Below the pieces are notes generated by a model, which was not told where the DNA came from, ran no database searches, and saw only the letters and a program-made list of their open reading frames with translations. Position numbers and translations under genes: made by a program. Shown here piece by piece: positions 1 to 9,000 of a stretch of 63,545 bases of DNA. Location: positions 1-63,545 of IMG/VR virus record IMGVR_UViG_3300010155_000006. One strand, written 5' to 3'. Within the stretch, counting starts at the first letter, position 1, and each line of letters opens with the position of its first letter. Source of the stretch: a virus. Taxonomy: Duplodnaviria; Caudoviricetes.

Positions 1-1
1 A

Positions 2-235
2 GATTTAAAAACTTTATTGGATTCACGTTTCGTATTTTTTGACGAATACCTACCCATCCAAGGGAAAAACGGTAACAGGTCCAAAGGTCAAAGAGTTTTA
101 CAATTATTGAAAAAATATCCACAGGTAGAAGAAGTAGAATATTGGGAAGATAAAGATAAACATATTGTAGATGTGTTAGAAGTATTAGAAGCTTTTCCTG
201 ATATTAAAATTACAATTAATAAGATACCTACTTAA
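2..235 (+). CDS. C-terminal part of a HAD-superfamily phosphatase-like protein (5' truncated by window)
   Basis: Frame is open from base 2; 'KGQRV...VEEVEYWEDKDKHI' resembles HAD motifs III/IV. Confidence 0.5.
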   Translation, partial: DLKTLLDSRFVFFDEYLPIQGKNGNRSKGQRVLQLLKKYPQVEEVEYWEDKDKHIVDVLEVLEAFPDIKITINKIPT

Positions 236-881
236 GTTGGTGTATCCTTCCCAACGGTCTTTCACTAGGAGCTAAATCCTGAGTATTATCAATTACCCAA
301 TAATTATCTACATACGGTACTAAATTTGAGACCGCATTTTTAACTTTATCGTGATAATCTACAACCATTTCTGGTGGTAAGCTCCTCTCTCTTTCTAGAT
401 TACGTTCTAAAGCTTTTTCTAATTCAGTTACGACATGAACAATACTCACAACGAATCCATTTTCTTCTGCAAGTTTTATAATATCTCTCATTACTTTTTC
501 TTGTCCTCCACCCGCGTCATAGACGATATTCGTAGGTTCTTTTCTTTCTGATTCTAAGAAGTTTTTTAGAAACTGAATGGTTACATTACGTGGGTCTGAA
601 GTGGTATGAGTTAAATCTAGAATTGTTTTATACCCCTCATCTGTGGATATAATTTCTTCCCAGTTATCTCCCCACAATTTTTTTGCTGTTGCTATTCTAT
701 AGTTGTCTACATTAAAGGGTTTAACATTATCTAAATCTATAAAATGTTGACTGACGTAACTTTTACCGGCACCGGGACCACCAGCTAAGATTACAAAATT
801 TCCATTAGGTTGGTTAAAGGTAACCATTTTGGCTTCCATTAACATTAAATTTTTCATTCTATTTATTTGTTCTACTAACAT
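228..881 (-). CDS. P-loop kinase (zeta-toxin/AAA_33-like)
   Basis: Walker A GGPGAGKS, 'NIVYDAGG' Walker B-like, lid motif 'ALERNLERERSLP'. Confidence 0.75.
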   Translation of the reverse strand: MLVEQINRMKNLMLMEAKMVTFNQPNGNFVILAGGPGAGKSYVSQHFIDLDNVKPFNVDNYRIATAKKLWGDNWEEIISTDEGYKTILDLTHTTSDPRNVTIQFLKNFLESERKEPTNIVYDAGGGQEKVMRDIIKLAEENGFVVSIVHVVTELEKALERNLERERSLPPEMVVDYHDKVKNAVSNLVPYVDNYWVIDNTQDLAPSERPLGRIHQLK

Positions 882-887
882 ACCTAC

Positions 888-905
888 TAATAAATATATT
901 TATTA
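888..905. promoter_or_regulatory. Perfect 18-bp palindrome TAATAAATATATTTATTA between divergent genes (back-to-back TATTTAT motifs)
   Basis: Read directly; sits in the 43-bp gap between the kinase and HAD ATG starts. Confidence 0.55.
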
Positions 906-924
906 TGTAGAACTATAATTGTTT

Positions 925-1572
925 ATGAAAAGTTTAATAAAACAAATTCTTAATGAATACGCAAAAACTAATAGATTAATACTATTAGATGTGGACGACA
1001 CCCTCTTAAAACCAACTGGGGTATATATCTATAGAAAACTCCCAAGCGACTCACAGGAGGTAGCATTGACCCCTTACGAGTATGGTTTGGAACACGTAAC
1101 ACCCCAGACCAAACAATATTATGATTATCGGGATTTCATGAACCCTGAAAAAACTAGACAGTCCATTTCTCAGGCGGAACCCATAGTAGCAAATTTATCT
1201 ATAATGGATGATTTTATTAAACAAGGACATCAGATTGGGATTTTAACGGCGAGGTCCAACGAAGATATTGTCTATCAAGGTTTAAAGGATTGGTTGATGT
1301 ATAAAGATAAACGAGGAGACTTAATCCCCTTGGGGGACAGGTTAGAACGAGAGAATATATTTGCGGTTAATGATATTAAGAGGATGGAAGAGTTAGAAGC
1401 GGAAACGGATTACGAAAAAAAGGCTGAAGTCGTAGAAAGATTATTAACATCCTATGATGAGATTGTTTTTATAGACGATGATTTAAAGAATATTAAACAA
1501 ATGATGATACTAAAACGAGATTTACCAAAAGAATTAAGTAAAAAGTTATTTGTAATGCATGCTAAAGAATAA
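925..1572 (+). CDS. HAD-superfamily phosphatase
   Basis: Motif I LLDVDDTLL, motif II ILTARS, Lys in 'EKKA', motif IV FIDDDLKNI; ATG at 925 preferred over TTG at 919. Confidence 0.8.
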   Translation: MKSLIKQILNEYAKTNRLILLDVDDTLLKPTGVYIYRKLPSDSQEVALTPYEYGLEHVTPQTKQYYDYRDFMNPEKTRQSISQAEPIVANLSIMDDFIKQGHQIGILTARSNEDIVYQGLKDWLMYKDKRGDLIPLGDRLERENIFAVNDIKRMEELEAETDYEKKAEVVERLLTSYDEIVFIDDDLKNIKQMMILKRDLPKELSKKLFVMHAKE

Positions 1573-1718
1573 GCTTCTAATATTTATATTATATAATGAA
1601 ATGGCTTTATGCTTTGCATATTATAATTTTAAAATATTAAAGTAAAGAGTTTTAATATCGGTTTTTGTAAAACTGTATATTTATTAAGAAATAACACTAG
1701 AAAAACAAAAATATTACC

Positions 1719-2207
1719 ATGGCTGATTTATTAATGAAAATGCCCATACCGTATGAACCCAAAAAGAAAAATAGGTTTATTCTTAGATTTCCTTCATCGT
1801 TGGGTATTAATGAATGGTATGTGGAAACAACATCTGGACCACAGGTTACAGTTAATTCTGTAGAAATTCCTTTTTTAAATACTTCTACCTATGTTGCTGG
1901 TAGATTTGTATGGAATACAATAAATGTAACATTCAGAGACCCAATTGGTCCTTCGGCTGCACAAGCATTGATGGAATGGGTAAGATTACACGCGGAATCG
2001 GTAACAGGAAGAATGGGATATGCCGCAGGATACAAAAAAGACATTGATTTAGAGATGTTAGACCCTACAGGTGTAGTTGTAGAAAAATGGATTTTACAAG
2101 GAACATTCTTAACAGATGTTAACTTTGATAGTTTAGGATATAGTGATGATGCACTTGCTACCATTAGTGCGACTCTTCGACCAGATAGATGTATCTTAGT
2201 TTACTAA
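1719..2207 (+). CDS. Tail tube protein (T4 gp19-like)
   Basis: 162 aa; 'NRFILRF', 'YVAGRFVWNTINVTFRD', 'EW', 'YKKDIDLEMLDPTGVVVEKWILQGTF' are typical of the gp19 family. Confidence 0.9.
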   Translation: MADLLMKMPIPYEPKKKNRFILRFPSSLGINEWYVETTSGPQVTVNSVEIPFLNTSTYVAGRFVWNTINVTFRDPIGPSAAQALMEWVRLHAESVTGRMGYAAGYKKDIDLEMLDPTGVVVEKWILQGTFLTDVNFDSLGYSDDALATISATLRPDRCILVY

Positions 2208-2236
2208 GAAATTAGACAAATTATAAAGACCTACAT

Positions 2237-2878
2237 TTAACCCACGCTTACAGGTGTGGGTTTTTTATTTAAAGGAGATTTATTTTCTTCTTTAGGATAC
2301 GGAAATTTACCCCACTTACATTTTAAATTTGAATCATAGATTAGTAGATAACGATGTTTACGAGCTCTAGGTCTCCACTCCCCCTTAAATCCTTTTACTG
2401 GTCCTCTTTGGTGTTTAGTGTAGGTTCCATCTCCATTATCGAACCAGAAATCCTTTTTCTTATCGGTTAGACCATAGTAACCAAAATTAGTAGCTTGATA
2501 GATATATCCATTATGGAATGATGAATCCGCATATGAAAGAAGTGCTCTTACAGTAATTTCTTTTCGGAGTAATTTAATACATTTTGATATAAACCATGAA
2601 AGTATGTTTTTTTGGGTAATATTTGGTCTTAAACATAGTCTCCCCAATTCAAAAATACCTTCTTGTTGGTCTCTGTTTAAACTAAAACACCCCTTTACTG
2701 TTTCAGGGACGGACGGCGAGTGAAAGACACACACCCCCACTAATACATTATTGGTAAATAATCCGAAATTGTACCCACATCTAAATCCTTTATTAATTTT
2801 AGATAGATAATGGTACTCTTCAAGTATAGACTTACACTCGGTTTTAGTTATTTTTTTTATGTTAAAATTTTTAATCAT
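2237..2878 (-). CDS. Mom-like (GNAT-fold) DNA-modification protein
   Basis: 'HYL', 'FGLF...LVGVCVF', 'ELGRLCL', 'SWFISKCIKLL', 'LLSYADSSFHNGYIYQATNF' match the Mu Mom family pattern. Confidence 0.75.
   Translation of the reverse strand: MIKNFNIKKITKTECKSILEEYHYLSKINKGFRCGYNFGLFTNNVLVGVCVFHSPSVPETVKGCFSLNRDQQEGIFELGRLCLRPNITQKNILSWFISKCIKLLRKEITVRALLSYADSSFHNGYIYQATNFGYYGLTDKKKDFWFDNGDGTYTKHQRGPVKGFKGEWRPRARKHRYLLIYDSNLKCKWGKFPYPKEENKSPLNKKPTPVSVG
2239..2266 (+). terminator. Rho-independent terminator after the tail tube gene
   Basis: Stem AACCCACGC / GTGTGGGTT followed by a T run; overlaps the 3' end of the convergent Mom-like ORF. Confidence 0.7.
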
Positions 2879-2937
2879 AGTGTATTTATATAAAACATTG
2901 ACTTCTTAAAATATAAAATTAAATTTATAAAAAACAA

Positions 2938-3699
2938 ATGGACCCGAGCCACTATTCCGATATCAGCCAAATAAAAGTACCTTATGATGTAGTTAGTTTA
3001 CCATCACAGGGCATCTTTTATGTGAATAAAGTAAAAGAGGTAAAGATAACTTATCTTAATGCCTCGGATGAAAATTTGTTAAGTTCACCGAGTATTGTTA
3101 AATCAGGAAATTTAATTGATGGATTATTAAAGAGAAAAGTGGTAGGTGGGGAATTAAGAGTAGAGGAAATGTTAGACTGTGATAAACAGGCTCTTTTAAT
3201 ATTTTTACGAAACACCGCTTATGGACCCAGCTATGAATTCACTTTGACTGACCCAAAAACCAACACTAATTTTACCCACACACATGATTTAAGTAATGTA
3301 AAAATAAAAGATTTTACATTAAAAGCTGACAGTAATGGTGAATTTGATTATATATTTCCCCAGACGAAGAAAAAAATTAAGTTTAAATTTTTAAATTCAC
3401 AACAAGAGAATGAACTTACAAATTTAGACGAACAATACCACAATGGACAAATTACTCCAATAGCAACTCGCAGATTAGAACTTTTAATTCAAGAAATTGA
3501 AGGAGAAAGAGATTTAGGAAAACTTTCAGAAATGATACAAACGATGCCAATACGTGACTCACAGGAGTTTAAAAAATACGTTTGGAATAATCAACCGGGA
3601 CTAGATTTATCAGTTACGGTCAAAGCGCCATCAGGAGAAGATATCACGACATCAGTGGTGTTTGGCGCCCACTTTTTTCGCTCTTTCTTCGGAGTATAG
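2938..3699 (+). CDS. Baseplate hub assembly / tail chaperone (T4 gp26-like)
   Basis: 'VSLPSQGIFY', 'DENLL', 'DKQALLIFLRNTAYG', C-terminal 'FF'; lies between tube and tape measure. Confidence 0.75.
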   Translation: MDPSHYSDISQIKVPYDVVSLPSQGIFYVNKVKEVKITYLNASDENLLSSPSIVKSGNLIDGLLKRKVVGGELRVEEMLDCDKQALLIFLRNTAYGPSYEFTLTDPKTNTNFTHTHDLSNVKIKDFTLKADSNGEFDYIFPQTKKKIKFKFLNSQQENELTNLDEQYHNGQITPIATRRLELLIQEIEGERDLGKLSEMIQTMPIRDSQEFKKYVWNNQPGLDLSVTVKAPSGEDITTSVVFGAHFFRSFFGV

Positions 3700-3871
3700 G
3701 CAAGCTGTGCTCGATGAAATCTACTACCTAGTCAAACTCGCAAATTTTTCTCATAGTGACATTATGGAAATGCCTATATATGAACGTAGGTATTATATAG
3801 GGAAACTTACAGAAGAATTCGAGAAAAAAAGAGAAGCTACCGACCAAGCAAAAAACAAAAGTAGACTCTAG
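3662..3871 (+). CDS. Small gp51-like / tail-chaperone second ORF (start uncertain, possibly reached by frameshift)
   Basis: 'FSHSDIMEMPIYERRYYIGKLTEE' resembles gp51-like proteins; overlaps the upstream gene in the +1 frame. Confidence 0.6.
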   Translation: MAPTFFALSSEYRQAVLDEIYYLVKLANFSHSDIMEMPIYERRYYIGKLTEEFEKKREATDQAKNKSRL

Positions 3872-3911
3872 AAAATTAATCCCCATCTATTTATTAATAA
3901 AACTATAGCTG

Positions 3912-6044
3912 ATGCCTAAAACTAATACGCAGATATACCAAGAAAATGAAGCCGCATTAAAAAAGGTAGGTGTATCTACCCTAGGGGTCTGGAATGCACT
4001 CGATGCAGACCAAAAGTTGCAGAAGCTTAATGAGGCCAAGGCAAAATCTATGACCTCTAATACAAATACGGGAAGTGCAAATAGTGCGGGTGCTCTTAAT
4101 AGTGCCCTTCCTGAATTAGATAAACTTCTAACTCGATATGATGCGTTAACTAACAAGCAGACTGTGATGCTTGAACTTTTGACTATAGCGGGGGAGGCCC
4201 TTGAACATGAGGCTAAAACTAGAAAAGCTATTGTCACTGAGTTAGGTCAAGTTGGGGTCCTACAACAACGTACCAATGCCCGTATCACTGAGGCAGAACA
4301 GACGACCGCAAAATGGGGGATTTCACAAGAGGACATTCTCAATACAGTTACTGCAATAGGAAAGGAAGTGGGAAGAAATATTTCTTTTACTGCAGACGAA
4401 ATAGACAGACTATCGGTATTCCAAAAAGCATTTAAACTTACTGAACATGAGGTTGCATCTATGGTTAAAATGTTCGACCAAATGGGTGACACCATTGGTA
4501 ACAATATAACCAAGGCTACGGAGATGGCTGATGTTGCAAGAATGATGGGTGTTAATATGGAAGCTTTCATGGAAAACATGGGGCAAAACATGAAAATGCT
4601 CAATCTTTATAATTTTGCAGATGGTGTAAAAGGATTTGCAAAAATGGCAGCCCAATCCGAACGATTAGGTCTGGGAATGGAGCAAGTAGCTGGTTTAGCT
4701 GAAAAGGTTATGGACCCAGAGGGGGCAATTGATTTAGCTGCACAATTACAAGTAATAGGTGGGGGATTTGGAGATTTAGCAGACCCAATGAAGTTAATGT
4801 ATATGGCCACCAATGATTTAGAGGGATTACAAGACGCAATAGTTGGTGTAGGAAAAGAGATGGTTGTTGTAGGTGAGAATGGGGAACTAATGTTCCCACC
4901 AACCGCACAACGACAATTAAGAGATATGGCCAAAGCTCTTGATATTCCTAAAGATGAGTTAGCGAATATGATAAAACTTCAAAAGAAGTTTGAAACCATT
5001 CAAAATCAGATGACGGGAGACCTATTAGGTGAATCTGAAGAAGTACAAAATTTTATTAGTAGTATCGCGAAACTTGGTAAAGGAGGAAAGTATGAAGTAG
5101 AAATAGAATCATTAGGGAAAGATGGGGAAATGGTTAAATCTTTCAAGAATATCAATGAACTACAAGGGAACGACATTAAGGACCTAGTGAAGATGCAAAA
5201 ACAGCAAAAGATGTCCGAAAAAGATGTTTTACGGGAACAAACAGGTCTTTTGGAAGCTATAAATAATAGTGTTGGGGCTATGAATAAAACCCTAACGCTC
5301 GGACTAATTAAGAACTTAGACCTATCTGAAATACAGACTTCGTTAGTTGGAAATGTAACAAGTGATAAATTTTTACCCGGAGGAATAGTTGCAGAAATAG
5401 GAGATGATATTAGTGAAGGAGTTAAAAAAGGAATGTTAGAATTAACAGGGGCAGAATCTTGGACAGATATGAAAGAGGGTATATTAGAATTAGGGGACAG
5501 CATAGAAAAATTACCCCAATTGAGTATAACGGCACTGGATAAAGCGTTAAATGGTGGTAATTTTATGATAGAACTGATGAAGGGACTCGGCATACGTACT
5601 GTAGAAAACTTAGAAATAAATGCAGATGGGGGATATAAATTTGATGATTTTGATATCAAACCAGACGGTACCCCAAAGTATGTTGTAGGTAATAAATCTG
5701 GTGGTGGTGGGGGAATAGGTGCCATCCAAACCCATGGCAATGACTGGATATCGGGTAGACTGAAACCAGAGATGGGTAGTACCGCAAGCTTAGCCGCTGC
5801 AGGTGGAGGGACTACTAAAACCCAAGTAGAATTAGTGGGCAACAAATCCATCAATATAACTTTAGAGAAAATGCCGTGGTTTACAATGGATGGGAAGAAT
5901 ATGTTTGGAAAAATAGTAAAGACTCTAAAAGAGTCCTCGGTGGCGGCACGTGCAATGAATAATGCATTACAAGAAGGTTCTAATACCGTAGCTCCTAATT
6001 ATCAAAATATGGACCCCCAAGCGTTTGGACCATTAAACACATAA
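3912..6044 (+). CDS. Probable tape measure protein
   Basis: 710 aa, helical Ala/Met/Gln/Lys-rich; canonical position after tube and chaperones. Confidence 0.65.
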   Translation: MPKTNTQIYQENEAALKKVGVSTLGVWNALDADQKLQKLNEAKAKSMTSNTNTGSANSAGALNSALPELDKLLTRYDALTNKQTVMLELLTIAGEALEHEAKTRKAIVTELGQVGVLQQRTNARITEAEQTTAKWGISQEDILNTVTAIGKEVGRNISFTADEIDRLSVFQKAFKLTEHEVASMVKMFDQMGDTIGNNITKATEMADVARMMGVNMEAFMENMGQNMKMLNLYNFADGVKGFAKMAAQSERLGLGMEQVAGLAEKVMDPEGAIDLAAQLQVIGGGFGDLADPMKLMYMATNDLEGLQDAIVGVGKEMVVVGENGELMFPPTAQRQLRDMAKALDIPKDELANMIKLQKKFETIQNQMTGDLLGESEEVQNFISSIAKLGKGGKYEVEIESLGKDGEMVKSFKNINELQGNDIKDLVKMQKQQKMSEKDVLREQTGLLEAINNSVGAMNKTLTLGLIKNLDLSEIQTSLVGNVTSDKFLPGGIVAEIGDDISEGVKKGMLELTGAESWTDMKEGILELGDSIEKLPQLSITALDKALNGGNFMIELMKGLGIRTVENLEINADGGYKFDDFDIKPDGTPKYVVGNKSGGGGGIGAIQTHGNDWISGRLKPEMGSTASLAAAGGGTTKTQVELVGNKSINITLEKMPWFTMDGKNMFGKIVKTLKESSVAARAMNNALQEGSNTVAPNYQNMDPQAFGPLNT

Positions 6045-6064
6045 TATATAGATAAAAAAGAATC

Positions 6065-9000
6065 ATGCCAGGATTACCACAAAATGATAATAAGAAACCT
6101 AATTTAAGTTTTTCAGGGACCAAAGCCCTTAGAGATTTAATGTTATCTAAAAATCTGCCCAATCCAACCACAACACCTTATTTTGATAAGCGTAATACTG
6201 GACCAGATGATTTTACTGATGGACAGGTAAGGGTAGATTCATTAAGAGATTTAGCAGTACCAGACCAACCAACAGTAGACGAACAAGCAGAGTTCTATAT
6301 AGATAAAGCTTATTTGGCGAATGCATATGGACCATCAGGTGGGTTTTCTGATTGGATTCAGATATATGATGTATCACAAAAAATTGCAAAAGTAAATGAG
6401 GGGGAATATCCAAACTTTACTGCACCAGAAACAGGAGCTGGTTTATTTGGTGCCAATCCCTTTAGAACTGTAGCCAAATATTATTCCCCCATTGATATTT
6501 TATTGGGTGTAACGGCAGAAGGATTATTATCTACTACTTTATTAGAAGATAGTGCATTACAACAACAGGGTGCACTTGCATTGAGACGCGAATTCCAATC
6601 ACGGATTCAGCAGGAACTATACCAAGAAACTATAGGAAGATTAAATTTTGTAGATGCTTTAAAAGACCCCTTTAAAGCTTTAGATATCGTGACAGGACGG
6701 GAATCTTTAATTGAAAGAGATAATAATATAACTGTTCCCAAATCTTTAGTAGGGAAAGGATTAGACTTTGTTTCAAGATTAACTGGTGTATATGTCCCGT
6801 ATTCCTACATACCAGGAGATTATTTCGAGTTGGAACCCCCAAGAGGATTAGGTACCGCAGGAAAAATAATATCCGATGTTACAGGAATATTAGGTAGTTT
6901 AATTGGAATACCCAGAAGAAGACAATCCCCATCACAACGATTTTTAGACTATACGGGAGGGGCATCAAAGAATCAATTATTTAAACATATAAGATATAAT
7001 GTATATGGTCCACAATATGGAGAAGGTGCACAAGCCCAAACAGCAATTGGAGCAGGATTTGGTGAAGCAATAGATTTTATTAAGGGTGGTATATTAGGAG
7101 CGGGTAATTTTCCACCTAACCCACCACAATATGTCGGAGGGCCTAGAAATAGAATTGCTGATATGACTAGTCCACCAGAGAGTACCTATGCTGGTAAAAA
7201 TTATGTCCCTCAATTTGGTCCTGATGCAGTAGCTAAAGAATTCGATAGTAATGAATATGACTTTGGTATGAAAGGAAGAACATACATTAACCAAGGAAAT
7301 GTACCGGGAGGGTTTACTTGGTTTACCGATAGTTCTGGTAGAGGTAAATTAGCTGAATTTTTCGGAGCAGGTCCCGGCCCACAAGAACCAGGAACGTCCC
7401 AAGGTGCTGAAGGGTCAACAGATGATACGAAGGAATATCAGACCCCACCAGACTACGATAGAACCAAGTCCACCAATTATGATTTTAGAGATGATTCGGT
7501 GATGGATGTTACCCAACAAATTATTGATTCAGTCCCAAAAGGAGGAGCTAAACTTAAATCAGTTTCTCATGCGATGAATCAAGTAAGTAAAGTTTTTAAC
7601 GATGGGTATAAAGAATTAACAAAAGGTTCCCGAGTTAGAACATATATTAATACTGACCCAATTAATGAGGAAGTTGCTAGTGATAAGAATAAACCTAAAA
7701 ACGGAGTAGGAAGAGGAGCAGAAGTAGCTAGAGAATATTGCCGAGTATGGACTAAGGATATTCCTTATTACACATATGGTAGATTAATGAAGACACGGAT
7801 GAACCATCGTAAAGAAACTTATTCGGTATTAGATAGTCCTTACAATTTAAATATTGCTCCATGGAGGACAGATGAAACAGGTAAAGGTTCCACTAATATA
7901 GTGGGTGGTAAAGTTAAAAAATATATGTTTTCTTTGGAAAATTTAGCATGGAGAACTAGTTCTGCTAAAGGATTAACTTATGACGACCTCCCCACTTGTG
8001 AGAAAGGACCTAACGGTGGAAGAATAATGTGGTTCCCACCATATGATTTACAAGTAGATGAATCAAGCAATGCTAATTGGACTGAAAATAATTTTGTAGG
8101 AAGACCAGAGCCTGTTTACACCTACAACAACACTAATAGAACGGGCACCTTACGGTTTAAAATTGTAGTAGACCACCCTAGTATTTTAAATCTCATTGTT
8201 AGAAAATATTTAAAAAATATGACACCCGAAGAAACTGATGGTATTGTAGATTCTTTTTTTGCTGGATGTAAAAATTTTGATATTTACGATTTAGCACGAA
8301 AGTGGCCTCAATTTTCTGTTAATGAACTAGCCGGATTACAAGAACAATTAGACAACAAAAACTTGACCAAAGAAGGTAAAGGTAAGATTGCACAAGACAC
8401 TATAACCGACGTAGAGACTGTAATAGAACCCACCCCAGAAATACCTAATTTAGACGATTACAAAGGACTAACTTTTTATTTCCAGAATGACCAACCTAAC
8501 CCTAATAGCAGGGATAAAACAAGTAAACAACCATTTAATATATTAGCTGGGGATTATTTAACGGTAAGTGCACGAGATACTAATGTTGGAGAAGCTCTAG
8601 AACAAGATAAAGATAGTTTTAGAAATTTCTATAATGAAACTATGATAAATCATTGGGATACCAAATGGCCCGCATTTGCAAAAGAATTGTATAAGATTTT
8701 AACTGGTGGATTATATAAAGTACGTTTATCCTTTAAAGGGGCGGCGAGCTCTATTGCGTCTAGTGATTACAATGTTGATTTATCCAAAAGAAGATTAGAT
8801 GCCGTAAAACAATTATTTGAAAATTATACTCTAGGGAATGAAAATGCTTTTAAAGAATATATGACTAAGGATATTTTAACTAATTTTGAAGGGCAAGCTT
8901 TGGGTGAAAGTATTTGTAATTCTGAACAACGAGACGCCAATGGAGACATATCCCAACCAAAAGCTATTTCCGCGGTTTATTCACAGGCGGCAGCTCAATG

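Noticed and set aside
1573-1718. tRNA or structured ncRNA in the largest intergenic gap
   Set aside because: Very AT-rich with no cloverleaf or stable stem visible; only promoter-like motifs. A covariance-model scan was not possible
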